Shown in pieces: positions 11,003 through 22,585 of a stretch of DNA of 64,000 bases. Under the pieces are notes generated by a model. It was not told the origin of the DNA. It saw only the letters and a list, made by a program, of their open reading frames with translations, and did not search any database. The DNA comes from Prasinococcaceae sp. CCMP 1430 (Eukaryota > Plantae > Prasinodermophyta): assembly GCA_013416795.1 (NCBI GenBank), contig RQSC01000032.1, forward strand, positions 398,823-462,822, in the 5' to 3' direction. The translations under genes were made by a program, and so were the position numbers. Position 1 is the first letter of the stretch. Every line of letters begins with the position of its first letter.

Positions 11003-12697
11003 ATGTTCAAGAAGATCTTCAAGGATGGCAGCGGGCCGGCGGGGCGGCGCGCCTCGGTCATGGCCTCCATGCCCACGCCGCCCAAGGCCCCGAAGAAGGT
11101 GCGCGCGAGCGCGCGCCGCATCCCCCACCGTGCTGCGTTCGCATGTTCGCGGCGTGTCCGTTCGCGTACCCGTTCGCGCCTCACGGCGGGGGGCGGGGGC
11201 AGCGCGGTCGGCGCGGCCGCCACGGCGACCTCGGCGGCGGCCGCGACTGCGCGTGGGGTGGGGCAGCGCGACGTGGCCTCGGGCGGACTCGCGGGAGCGG
11301 CGTGAGGCGAGCCCCCCTCCCCGCTCGCGGCCGCCGCGCCCACCCGCCGCCGCACGCGCTGCGCGCAACGGCGCGGCTTGGCCCGCGTCGCGCCAGTGTT
11401 CCCCATTCGTGACTGACCCCCCGTTGGCCATGGCCCCGCGCGCAAACACGTTCGCGCGTGCACGCGAACGCCCGCCTCCCTCGCCCGCTCGCCCGCCCGC
11501 TGGCTCGCCTCTTTGCAGCTGGACCTGAACCCGTGCTGCCTGGCCGACTTCGAGCTGGGACCCATCCTGGGCACGGGCTCGTTCGGGCGCGTGCACCTGG
11601 CGACGCACAAGGCCACAGGCACGGTGACGGCCATCAAGATGCTATCAAAGTCACAGATCCTCAAGACCAAGCAGGTGAGCCACATCAAGGCCGAGAAGCA
11701 CATCCTGGACACTGTGGGCTATCCGTTCTTGGTAAACATGTTCGCCTCGTTCCAGGACGATGAGCGGCTGTACTTCGTGCTGGAGTACGTGGTCGGCGGC
11801 GAGTTCTTCACGCATCTGCGGAGCAAAGGGCGCTTCACCGAGGACACCGCGCGCTACTACGCCGCGCAGGTATTGCTGAGCTTCGAATACATTCATTCGA
11901 TGGACATCGTCTATCGCGATCTGAGTGCGTCGACGCGCGAGCTCGACGAACTCGCAGAGTCCACGCGCGCGCATGCGCGTACGCCCATTGCGCCCGTTGA
12001 CTGCGCGTGCCCTCGTGCGCGCATGCTGCTGCTGCGCACGCTGGACCCGCATGCATTGAGTTCGCCCAGCACTGACCCCACCCTGCCCCCGTCCTCCTCC
12101 GGTGCACACGCAACCGCACCCCTGCGCTCGCGCGCAGAGCCTGAGAACTTACTGCTTGACAAAAATGGCAACGTGAAGGTGACCGACTTCGGATTCGCAA
12201 AGAAGATCGACCATCGCACGTACACGCTTTGTGGCACGCCCGACTACCTGGCCCCGGAGATCATTCTCAACAAGGGCCACGGCAAGCCGGTCGACTGGTG
12301 GGCGCTCGGCGTGCTCATTTATGAAATGCTCGCGGGGTATCCGCCTTTCTTTGACGATGACCCGATGGGCACCTACCGGAAGATCCTGCACGGCAAGATC
12401 GAGTTCCCTCCGCACTTCTCGCGCGCCTCGCGCGACATTGTTAAGAAGCTGCTGCAGGCCGACCTCACGAAGCGGTACGGCAACCTCAAGGGCGGCGCGC
12501 GCGATATCAAGGTGCACCCGTGGTTTTCCTCGATTGACTTCAACGCGCTGCTCAACCGAAAGTTGACCCCACCCATCGTTCCGCACGTGAAAGGAGAGAG
12601 CGATACCTCGAACTTCGACGACTACTCCGACCTGGGCGAGATGGAGCACGCATTCGCGCTCTGCCCCGCGGAGCAGAAGTTGTTCGAGGAGTGGTGA
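11003..12697 (+). CDS. cAMP-dependent protein kinase (PKA/PRKX-like) catalytic subunit; exons 11003-11098, 11519-11924, 12138-12697
   Basis: GTGSFGRV, AIK, YRDLKPEN (restored by splicing), DFGFAK, TYTLCGTPDYLAPE, DWWALG, DLTKRYGNL, DTSNFDDY. Confidence 0.92.
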
Positions 12698-12903
12698 GCG
12701 GGTCGGCGCGGCGGGGAGAGGGCGAGGCGAGAGGTTGCCGGGCGGTCGGTGCTCAAGCTGAGCACAGCGACAGTCGAGCGCCGCTGCCAGCAGCAATTCG
12801 ACGGACCCGCACGCAGCAGCACTGGGGCAACACAGCACGTGATGCGATGTCGGGTGGGCCGCGCCGCGCGCAGAGCGCGCGTGCGCACGTGCCCAGGCAT
12901 TGA

Positions 12904-12908
12904 TGTAA
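12904..12908 (+). promoter_or_regulatory. TGTAA green-algal poly(A)-type signal (also 18619, 34598, 38694, 41472 on +; 54880-54876 on -)
   Basis: Each lies shortly downstream of a stop codon on the sense strand; UGUAA is the established chlorophyte poly(A) signal. Confidence 0.6.
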
Positions 12909-13058
12909 CAATCTGAAGGCGGAGACGGCCGATCGGCCATATTGCAACATTCACAAACGGCGGCGACCACGACGGCCTTGCGGCCTGCAGAGCGCCACGG
13001 CGGGCGTCTGGCTGTGAGGCCGAGCCCTCGCTGCCTCGATGTGCCCTCGCGAGCCCAA

Positions 13059-14234
13059 TCACTTGGGCCGCCCGAGGAGTGGCATGTTGCGGGGCTTGCG
13101 AGGTGAGATGCGGTCCTGCGAGCCGGGCTGCGAGTCGAGCGCCAGCTGCAGACAGAGTTCGTCGGGCGTCTCGCTGTTGGGGACCTGCAGCGAGTCGTGC
13201 GGGCTGAGCTCGAGCTCGTTCGGCGTCTGTGCATCCACGTTCGCGCCCGCGCCCGGGGCCGCGCCGGCACTGGGCGCGACAGGTGTGCCGGCGTCGGGTG
13301 GCGTGGCGGCAGCGGTCGCCGCCGCAGCGCGCTGCGTGCCCACGCGCCCCGCTCGTTCGCCATCGGCACCGACGTCGCTGGCCGCTCGTCTCCGCTTCGC
13401 GGCAGGCCGCTCCCGTCGCTCCTCCCGCTCCTCTTCATCCGTCGAGCTAATCGTCTGGTGTTCGCTGCCGTCTGCGCCGATGCCATCATTCACGCCGGCA
13501 CCCGCGCTCTCGAGCCTTCGCTTGAGTTTACTCACCTCTTCGAGAAGCTCGGCGATGCGGTGTTTCTTCGAGTTGAGGAGCTTCGCCACGCGCTCGAAGA
13601 GATCCTCTTGCTCCTGCTCGCGCATGGTCGCCACGCCCTCGAGCTTGGATATGAGCGCGTCGCGCTCCTCCACGAGCTTTTGCACGTGCTTCTCACGGCT
13701 CGCCGCGAGCTCGTCCAGCGCATCGCGGTCGCGCAGCAGCGCATCCGTGACGTCGCGCACCATGGCTTTGCTCTCCGTCACGGTCTGGAGCTCCAGGGTC
13801 TGCCACACTGCCTGGCCACTGGGTATGCGCCACTCCAGCTTCAGCGGCGTACCTGAGCTCACGCCTGAGAGCTTCACCCACGGCTGCTCATCGTCGTCCA
13901 GAATGCCTCCGTGCATGCGAGAGCGCTCGTGGGCCGCAAGCGCCGAGCACATCCTCCGCGAGCGCTCGGACGCGCTCAGGCCTAGCCCGCTCGCGGCGCT
14001 CGCCGCCGCCTGCGCGCTCTCGCGCCCGCTCCACGCCGCGCCCCCGCTGCAGAACGCATCGGCCTGTGCGCCGCACTCCATGGGCGTCTGCTGGCGACAC
14101 TGGCGTATGCGCTCATGGCTGCGGCGAAGAACGAGCTCGCCGGCGCGCACGAAGAGCGTCGTCTCAGCGTCGTCGTTCGCGTCTGGCGCCCCGGCGGCGC
14201 TCGCCGCCGCGACGCCGCCCGCAGTCGGCTCCAT
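13059..14234 (-). CDS. XRCC4: XRCC4-like NHEJ factor
   Basis: Head domain (..AWSG.., LKLEW), coiled coil and EDLFERVAKLLNSKKHRIAEL, matching the XRCC4 ligase-IV-binding pattern (DLY.RF..VLNEKK.KIR.L); disordered tail. Confidence 0.75.
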   Translation of the reverse strand: MEPTAGGVAAASAAGAPDANDDAETTLFVRAGELVLRRSHERIRQCRQQTPMECGAQADAFCSGGAAWSGRESAQAAASAASGLGLSASERSRRMCSALAAHERSRMHGGILDDDEQPWVKLSGVSSGTPLKLEWRIPSGQAVWQTLELQTVTESKAMVRDVTDALLRDRDALDELAASREKHVQKLVEERDALISKLEGVATMREQEQEDLFERVAKLLNSKKHRIAELLEEVSKLKRRLESAGAGVNDGIGADGSEHQTISSTDEEEREERRERPAAKRRRAASDVGADGERAGRVGTQRAAAATAAATPPDAGTPVAPSAGAAPGAGANVDAQTPNELELSPHDSLQVPNSETPDELCLQLALDSQPGSQDRISPRKPRNMPLLGRPK

Positions 14235-14649
14235 GGGCGGCGCCCCCCGCCCCCCACACGGGGGGCGCGGCGGGCGCGCGGTGTGGCTCACCGGCCTCGC
14301 AACGCGTTTCTTTCCTCCGTGGGTGGGGGCGATGCGAGCGCAGAAAACGCGGAAGCGCGCGAGCGCGTGGAGCGCGGGCTGGGGCGCGCAAGCGCCAGTC
14401 GCTCCCCGAGAGGCGCCTCGCCACCACCACCACACACACCCGCCAACGCCCCGAGCCAACGCATTTTTTTACACACACACAAGTGCGCGCGCGCGCGCAC
14501 ACACACACCACCCCCGTCCCCGCGGCCCCTCTCCGTCGAGGCGGAGACCGGACGAGGCGGATTTGGGCGACGAGAGCGCCTGCGCGCGAACGTGCAGTGC
14601 TCGTCCGGCGCGGCGCGGTCGCCGGCGGTGAGTCCGTGGCGCGCGGGAG

Positions 14650-15538
14650 GCCCGAGGAGCGCCTGGTGGACGTCGGGCGCATCGTGGGCGTCCTTGGAGG
14701 GGGCGTGTGCTACGAGGAGCGATACGTGCCGCTCCCCGGTGGAGATGACGACGAGTGGCTCGCGCTGCGCGTATTCGCGTGCGCGCACGGCGCGGACGGT
14801 CGTGCGGCTCCTGCTCCGCGGTCTGCAGGCGGCGAAGGGGAGCGAGCGGACGGCGGGGAAGGTGGCCCTGGCAGCGGCAACGACACCAAACTGGAAGGCA
14901 CTCTGCCCGTGCTCGTGTATGTGCACCCGTGGGCGGTCATGGGGGGCCGCCAAGACATGCTCCTGCGACGCTCGGCGCTCATATCTCGCCAACACGGCAT
15001 GCACGTGGTCACATTGGACCTTCGAGGGGCGGGAAATTCCGACGGGAGGTGAGGCGGCCGCAGACGAGCGTCGTGCGACGCGTGCGTGCATGGCCCGCTG
15101 CGACTTACAATGCGCGACCGATGTGCTGAAACTGCCTCGCTTTCGCTCGGCACCTCGCCGCCTGCAGCTCGACGCTGCGCGGTGGCCCAGAGGTTGATGA
15201 CATTCTCGCCGCACTGAGCTACGCATCAGCGCGCTTCGCGGGCAGCGAGCTCCTCCTCGCCGGCGAGTCCGCAGGTGGGCCATTCGCCGGATCGGCGCTC
15301 GCCAGGGACCCGCGCGTGGCTGGATTCGTTGCAATCGGATATACCTGGGGGTTCTGGACGTCAGTGCTCTTCGGCCGCCACTTCAAGGCGCTCATGCGAG
15401 CGCGAGCGCCGCGCCTGTTCGTGATGGGCTCAGACGACTGCTTCACGTCCATCCGCACGCTGCGCAAGCGGGTTGCGAGGTGCATCAAGGAGTCCGGAAA
15501 TGAGTACGCCGACTTCGAGGTCGTGCAAAGCGTCGGTC
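14650..15538 (+). CDS. Alpha/beta hydrolase; intron 15049-15167; start unresolved and 3' end lost at the N join 15539
   Basis: VYVHPWAVMGG, TLDLRGAGNS, nucleophile elbow GESAG, GFVAIGY, LFVMGSDDCFT, ends at VG just before the expected catalytic His. Confidence 0.75.
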
Positions 15539-15542
15539 NGCG

Positions 15543-18500
15543 ATGCCCGCCGACGCGGACGCGGCGGCGGCGGCGGCGGCCGCGGGCGGCGAGCTCTTCA
15601 AGGACAACAAGACCAATGGCGGCTTCATTAGGTACTACCTGGGCCTGCAGCCTTCGCCCGACACGGTGCGCATCTTCGACAGGAAGGAGTTTTACACGGT
15701 GCACGGCGCCGACGCCGAGTTCGTCGCGCGGCGCTTCTTCCGCACGACGGCCGTGCTCAAGACACAGAACGCGAGCGGATGCGCGCCGCTGGCGGGGTGC
15801 GTGGTGAACGCAAAGATGCTGGAGCGCGTGCTCAGGGACCTGCTCGTCGAGAGCGCCGACAAGTCGGTGGAGATGTACGCGCAGGAGGGCAGCGGCTGGG
15901 CGCTCTCGCGCGCCGCATCGCCGGGCAAGCTCGGCGCTTTCGAAGACGTCCTCTTCCGGTCGACGGAGATGGTGGAGAACCCCGTGCTCATGGCGGTCAA
16001 GGCGGTCAGCCGCGGCGGTCAGCGCTTGGTGGGCGTCGGCTTCGTCGACGCGACTGGCCGCCGCCTCGGACTCGGCGAATTCCTCGACGACGACCACTTC
16101 AACTCGCTCGAGACCGTCGCCGTGCAGCTCGGCTGCAAGGAGTGCCTGGTGCCCGCCGAGAGCGCCGGTGGTGCGCAGGGCTCCGCGGAGGGCCGCCGCG
16201 TGCGCGAGGCCCTCGAGCGCTGCGGCGTCTTCGCGCGCGAGGTCGCGCGCAAGGAGTTCTCCAACAAGGACCTGGCGCAGGACATGGGCAGGCTCGGGCG
16301 CGAGGGCGCGATGGCGCACTTCGGCCCCGCCGCGGAGAGCGACGCGGCCGGGGGGGCGCTCGCCGCCGCCATCGCGTACGCCGAGGTCTTGGCAGATGCT
16401 GCGGGCCATGGGCGCTTCACGATTCACTCCATCGAGCTCGGCGCCTGCATGCGCCTGGACGCCGCCGCGCTGCGCGCCCTCAACGTGCTCAAGCAGCCGG
16501 GCGACGGCAACGCGCCCAACTCGCTCGAGGCGCTCATGAACCGCGCGCGGACGCCGATGGGGCGGAGGCTGTGCCAGCGTTGGCTCAAGCAGCCGTTGCT
16601 GGACGCCGAGAAGATCAAGGAGCGCCATGACGTCGTCGAGGCCCTGAGCGGCGACGATGCCGCCCGCCAGTCGCTGCGCATGGAGCACTTGTCGCGCCTC
16701 TCCGACATCGAGCGCCTCCTCGCGCGCGTGGGGGGGCGCAAGGCGAAGCTCCAGGACGTGGTGGGGCTGTACGAGGCGTCCATGCGCCTGCCGCGCATCG
16801 CCGACGTGGCTGCGGGCGTGCAGGGCGCCAGCGAGCGCGCGGCCGCGCTCTTGCAGTCGCGGTTCGTCGCGCCGCTCCGCCAGGCGTCGGGCGCGGACTT
16901 CCTGGGCAAGTTCGAGAGCCTGGTGGAAGCGGCGGTGGACCTCGAGGCGCTCGAGAGCGAGCAGCGCGAGTACCTCATCTCCGCGGAGTACGACGAGGCG
17001 CTCGGCGAGCTCAAGCAGAAGCGCGACCGCGTGAGGGCCAAAATCGAGGGCATCCACCGCGCCGTCGCCAGCGACCTCGGCCTCTCGCACAGCGGCGTGG
17101 GCTCGGGCATCGTGCGCCTCGACCACACGTCGCAGTACGGCTTCCACCTCCGCATCACCAAGAAGGACGAGGGCGCCGTGCGCGGCAGGCTCAAAGCGTA
17201 CCAGTCGATGGGGACCAACAAGGACGGGTGCAAGTTCACGAGCGCCGAGTTGCGCAGGCAGAGCGACTTGCACGCGGAACTGAGCGACGAGTACCAGGAG
17301 AGGCAGTCGGAGCTGGTGAAGAAGGTCGTGGACGTCGCTGCGACCTTCGTGGACGTCTTCGAGGAGGTGGCCTCGACCGTGGCCACGCTGGACGTGCTCG
17401 CGGGCTTCGCCGACCTGGTGGCAGTCGCGCCTGCCGAGTACGTGCGCCCGGAGATGACGCCGATGGGCGTGGGGGACATCGTGCTCGAGGGCTGCAGGCA
17501 CCCGTGCGTCGAGGCGCAGGACGAAGTGTCCTTCATCGCCAATGACTGCAAGCTCAAGCGCGAGGACTCGTGGTTTCAGATCATCACTGGCCCAAACATG
17601 GGAGGCAAGTCGACGTACATCAGGCAGATCGGATGCGCGGTGCTCATGGCGCAGGTCGGTTGCTTCGTGCCGTGCTCGGCCGCGCGCATCTCCTGCCGCG
17701 ACTGCATCTTCGCCCGCGTTGGCGCGGGAGACTGCCAGCTTCGCGGGGTGTCGACATTCATGGCGGAGATGCTCGAGGCCGCGGCCATCCTGCACAAGGC
17801 GACGCCGAGCAGTCTGGTCATCATCGACGAGCTCGGGCGCGGCACGTCGACGTACGACGGCTTCGGCCTCGCGTGGGCGATCTCCGAGCACTTGGCGGAT
17901 GTGACCAAGGCGCCGACGCTCTTCGCGACGCACTTCTACGAGCTGACGGCGCTGGCGGAGGGCAGGCCGCAGGTCGGCAACCTGCACGTGAACGCGCACA
18001 TTGACGCGTCCACGCGGCGCATGACCATGCTGTTCAAGATCGCCGAGGGCGCGTCGGATCAGAGCTTCGGCATCTCGTGCGCAGAGTTTGCGGGGTTCCC
18101 CAAAGAGGTGGTCGAGATGGCCAAGGAGAAGGCGCGCGAGCTGGAGGAGTACGGCGCCCTCATGCCGTGCGACCGGCTCGGCAGCAAGCGCACCTTCGCG
18201 GCCGGCCCTGACGAGCCCGCCACCAAACGATCGCGCGTGGAGGGCGACGGCGTCGCGGCGGCCGCGGCCACCAAGGCGAGGGCATTCTTGTCGGAGTTCG
18301 CGGGGATAGACATGGAGTCGGTGCGTGTTGCTGCTGTTGTTTTGCGGGGTGACAGAGAGAGCTGTGTGTGCGCGCGCGCGTTGGACTGCTCAGTCACTGC
18401 TGGCGCGCGCGAGTGTGTGTCTGACCCGCGCGCGCGCGCGGCGCGCACAGATGGACGACGCGCAGGCGAAGGACGCCGTCGAGAAGCTCAAGGCAGGGCT

Positions 18501-18558
18501 CGAGAACGACCTCAAGGACAGTGCGGAGTTGAGGGCGATGCTGAGCAGTGACGTCTGA
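15543..18558 (+). CDS. MSH2: DNA mismatch repair protein MSH2; exons 15543-18320 and 18451-18558
   Basis: TVRIFDRKEFYTVHG.DA, ASPG.L..FED.LF, RHPCVE, ITGPNMGGKSTYIRQ, IIDELGRGTSTYDGFGLAWAI, FATHF. Confidence 0.97.
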
Positions 18559-18795
18559 GATGGTGGCGTCAGGCAGCGCTTTCCGAGGAGCGCGCGCGTG
18601 CAACCGTCCTTGCTGCGTTGTAAACGAAAACTGAAAATACTTACTTGACGTGGCGCGCACCTAGCAGTTGTACGGGCGCTGACACGCAGCCGGGTGGGGG
18701 GTGCAGGTTGGGGGGGGGGGGGGCGCTACTGATGGTCGGTGTACTTCGAAGGACTTTCGAAGGGCGTGTGTGCTGTGTGTGCTTGTTCGCGCTCC

Positions 18796-20009
18796 TTAGA
18801 CAGGTATCTCTCCCGTGCCAAAGGTCTTTGATGGGCTGCCCTTCGGAACCTTGGGTTCCGACGCATCGAGCAGTGCCTTCGTTGCTGGAGGGTCGGAGCA
18901 TGGGATGTCGCCGTCGAGCTGCCAAATGCATCCTGCATCAGTGCACGGCTCTTCGTCCTCATACGCCGAGCAGGGTGCTGAGGGGACGCATTGATTGTCA
19001 TCCTCGAGCCAGAAACACTCCGCTACATTGCAATCCGCTTCGAGAGACCATGTAGCGCATGGCTCACTCGTCGGGGAGCCTGTGGGCGACGAGGTTGGAG
19101 AGCTCGTGGGCGCCCCAGTCGGGGAAGAGGTTGGTGCGGCCGTGGGAGCAGCCGTGGGTGGCTCGTTGGGAACGGGGTCGATGATCTCGTAGTACGGCTC
19201 GGGCTCGGGCTCGGGCACCACCACCGGAAAGGCTGTCGGCGCCTTGGTCGGCAGGCCGGCCACGCAGCGCGGGCTGTCTGAGAAGCCGCTCTTGGTGCCG
19301 TACCCGCACGCCTGCGCGAGCGAGCCGGCGTCGTGCAGATGAGCGCATTTGCGAGAGCGAGTGGCGCGGCGCAGCGCGAGTACACGTCAACGACCGAATG
19401 CAGCATCGCGCGCGTAACATGCGCCAAAAGGCCCCCAGCCTAAGACCGCACTCACGCCCACAAAAGCGCAGCTCGCACCTCGCAGGCGTCGAGGCAGCAC
19501 TGCTCGCCTCCCGCGGCCGGCGCTACCGTGAACGGCGAGTCGCGCGTCGGCATCGCGATGGGCAGCTCCTCGTCGCCCTCCGACGGGGTGAGCCGCTCGA
19601 CGGGGATGAGGTCGATGGGCGCGGGCGGGTCGGCGGGCACGCAGTTGGCGCGGCACGAGCACCCCGAGGGCGCGAAGTCGTTGCAGAAGCCCACGCACGA
19701 GTCCGAGGGCGCGGTGGGCGAGGCGGAGGGCCGCGGCGTGGCGCGCGTGGGCGACTTGGTGGGCGCAACGCTGGGAGACTTGGTTGGCGCCGCGGGCGCT
19801 TCGGTCGGGCGCAGGGGCTTGACGGGCGCGTCGGTGGGTCGCGCGGGCGGCTCCACGGGCACGTCCTGCGGCCGCTCGCTCAGGATGCGCCGTCCGACGG
19901 CGCTCGCGGGCAGCGCGGTATGCGCGCACATGACCGCCGCTGCCACAGCGACGGCCGCAACGCTCGCCGCCAGCGGCGCGTGGCGGCGCGCTGCCGCGGA
20001 CCGCCTCAT
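18796..20009 (-). CDS. Secreted Pro/Thr-rich (PT-repeat) glycoprotein with a somatomedin-B-like Cys module and C-terminal Cys repeats, copy 1; exons 20009-19479 and 19311-18796
   Basis: Signal-peptide-like leader (MRRSAAA...AAVAVAAAVMCA), PTxAP/PTSSP repeats, SCVGFCNDFAPSGCSCRANC...CCLDACEAC; GTGCGA...CGCAG intron. Confidence 0.75.
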
Positions 20010-20162
20010 TGTCGCGTGCTCGCCTACTTCGAGAGCGTCGCTCGCGTGGGTCTGAGCTTGGCCAGAGGGCGGGCGCTCGAGCTGCGAGGCGCGCGGCGCG
20101 TGAGCTCTGCGCTGTGACGCCCGCCGCGCCCTCGTTGGCGCCCCGCGGGGGAGTGGGCCGCN

Positions 20163-21179
20163 GAAGTTCGGCGCGTGAAACTTGCTACTCGACCCGTGTC
20201 GGGCAATCTTGGAGGCGCCGCTTCCCGTGAAGGCGAAGCCCGCGTCCGAGACGCGCCCTTTCGGGCGGAGCTCGAAGGGTGCCGCATCCTTGCGGTCGCC
20301 CATGATGCCGTGGTGCGACACGGTGAGATGCGCTGGGTCCGTGAGATTTTCCATCATGACCTCGTAGCCATACATGACCTCGCGCGTTGACCAGTGCGCG
20401 CGACGTACTGGGCAGCTTTCGACACTGAGGATGTCGTCTGCACCGGTGGGCGCGTCCCCTCGGCCGCCCATCGCGGCAGCGCGCGCGGCTTCCTCGAGCT
20501 CGACAAGCTCCGGCAGCAGCGGCAGCGGCGTGGCCGCTGCGCGCAATGCGGCATCTGCGCCGTGCGTTGGCCACACGAACAGAACGCCGTGGCGCACCTG
20601 CGAAGGGTAGACCTTGACGCACGAGCGCGGATCCGCTGCTGCGCGTTCGAAATCGTCCTGTTCGAGCTGCGGGATGGATGTGCAGGCGCCGGTACCCGGC
20701 TCGAAGCGCCAGCCGTGATACGAACACATGAGGTGGCCGTCCTCTTCGATGCGTCCCTCCGAGAGCGGCGCGCAGCGATGGGGGCATCGGTCCATGAACA
20801 CGCTCCACGTGGGCTCATCGTCCGAAAGCCTTGTCCCGCCGCGCCACGCCACCATGTCGCGACCGAGCACGGTGATTGGGGTCGGACGCGTTGGGTCAAG
20901 ACTGCCCACGTCGGCGACGGCGTACCACTGCTCGAGCCAGTCCATCTCGCCGCGCAGCGCATCCGTCGAGGGGGAGCTGCTGTCGGCGGCACCTTTCTTG
21001 ACGGTTACAGCCGTGGCAGCGGCGGTTCCTTTGGGCGCGGACGCTGCCACCGTGCGGCTGTCGCAGCGTGCCCTCTTGCCCAGTCCATGACGGCGCGCGC
21101 GCCCTCTACCAGCGGCACACCCGCGCGGTTCCGCAGACGCCTGCGCGACGCCACGCAGCAGCGCGGCGGCGGCGGGCAT
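20163..21179 (-). CDS. Chloroplast Rieske non-heme iron oxygenase (PAO/TIC55/ACD1-like); 3' end lost at the N join 20162
   Basis: Transit-peptide-like N-terminus, WYAV, DRCPHRCAPLSEG...CSYHGWRF Rieske motif, ENLTDPAHLTVSHH iron-binding motif. Confidence 0.88.
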
Positions 21180-21772
21180 GGCTCCCGGGTACTCCCTGCC
21201 CGCCGCGCGCGCGCGCCCTCCACTCGCGGCCGGTGTGGCACGTGTGCGTGCGGTACGCTTTCGGTCGTGACGCGATTCGCCGCGCATGCCCGTTTTCCCG
21301 GCGCGGCGATCGATCACGCGGCAGATTCTCGTCCGTCGTGATGTCGTTTGCTTTCCGAAGAGACATCCAACCCAATCCGGTTCCAATTCCAAACCCCAAT
21401 CCAAAAATCCTGTTCGTCGTTAAGCAGTCCCTTCCCAGCATGCGACACGTGTCTACCACCAGCGGGGATACGCTCCCGATACGGCGCAGAGGCCACGGCG
21501 TTTGCGCGCGTCCGTTCTGGGGCGAAGGGCCATCGCGGAGCGCAGACAGCGCGGAGGTGCTCAGATGGCACGGCAATGGCGTGGCCCGAACTCTTCGCGT
21601 GGTCCGTGCATATGGATGGTGGTCAATTGTACGGTTAATATATACGGTGCAGCGGCACGCGCGCCGTGCGCACACGTGCGCATGGGCGACATGCGATGCT
21701 ATGCCAATGCCAGTGCCCCGCACCAGGACGCATGCGCGCGCACGCCCGTTCTGCGGGCCAGCTGCACACAGC

Positions 21773-22585
21773 TCAGCTGCTGCCGTCCACCTCCGCCTCG
21801 CTCGAGCCGAGGTGCTCGACGAAGCGTTCGCCGTGCTTGTCGTACAGCGCGCGCTTGCGCGCGTCCTTGAGCACCGCGTACGCGCGCGTGAGCTGGTAGA
21901 AGCGCATGGCGTCGCCGCCGACGTCGGGGTGGTGCTCGCGCGCCAACCTCCGGTACGCGACGCTGAGATCGGCGCGCGTGACGTCGCGTTTGACCTCGAG
22001 GGCGGCGTAAAACGCAGTGTTGTCGTCGCTGAGCTCGCTCGCAGCGCCTTCGGGGGCCGTCGTGAGCGTGCTCGTCGTGAGGCCGCCGCTGAAGTACTGC
22101 AGCGCGACGTCGCGCAGCTCGGGCCGCTCGTCGGTCTCCTCGACGCACACGTAGCCGCCCGCGGGGTCGCGCCGCAGCACGCGCCATGGCCCGGGATACG
22201 CGCGCAGCAGCATGCCACCGCCCGCCTGGCTGCGGAACTCGTGCAGGTAGAACGCCGCCTCGACGCGTGGCAGGAACTCCTCGCGCATGCGCTTCGCCTT
22301 GCTCGCCCACGGCGCGCTCCATCGCGAGCGCGCGGTGTCGAGGCCGCCGTTCACGAACAGCATCGGGCGCCGCGCCCATTCCGTCTCCCACAGCTCCATG
22401 GCGGCGATGAGCTCGTCGTCGCTCTCGTATGGGTAGGCTATCACGTAGAGGCGGTCGTCCGTCTGCACCTCGTCCGCGACGCCGGATTTGAGAGAGCCGC
22501 CGGTAGCGTATCCCTGGGAGAGCAGCGAGAGCTTGGTGACCACGTCGCCGCCGAGCAACGCGTCGACCGTCTCCGCGCGCCGCAT
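21773..22585 (-). CDS. LPA3-like (DUF1995) C-terminal half fused to a C-terminal DnaJ domain
   Basis: DDRLYVIAYPY, PMLFVNGGLD, FYLHEFR...GGMLLRAYPGPWRVLRR...PELRDVA resemble LPA3; then FYAALEV...AYRRLAREHHPD...AYAVLKD..KRALYD. Confidence 0.8.
   Translation of the reverse strand: MRRAETVDALLGGDVVTKLSLLSQGYATGGSLKSGVADEVQTDDRLYVIAYPYESDDELIAAMELWETEWARRPMLFVNGGLDTARSRWSAPWASKAKRMREEFLPRVEAAFYLHEFRSQAGGGMLLRAYPGPWRVLRRDPAGGYVCVEETDERPELRDVALQYFSGGLTTSTLTTAPEGAASELSDDNTAFYAALEVKRDVTRADLSVAYRRLAREHHPDVGGDAMRFYQLTRAYAVLKDARKRALYDKHGERFVEHLGSSEAEVDGSS

Noticed and set aside
15316-15807. Hydrolase running into MSH2
   Set aside because: Joined by the single N at 15539; missing sequence is the simplest explanation.
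15219-17999. Long antisense and alternative-frame ORFs (also 25539-27221, 27411-29156 and many others)
   Set aside because: Shadow ORFs expected from very high GC content opposite real genes.
19452-21404. Apparent Rieske oxygenase + PT-repeat fusion ORF
   Set aside because: The frame crosses the single-N join at 20162, the Rieske C-terminal domain is missing and the PT gene has its own ATG and signal peptide; assembly artefact.
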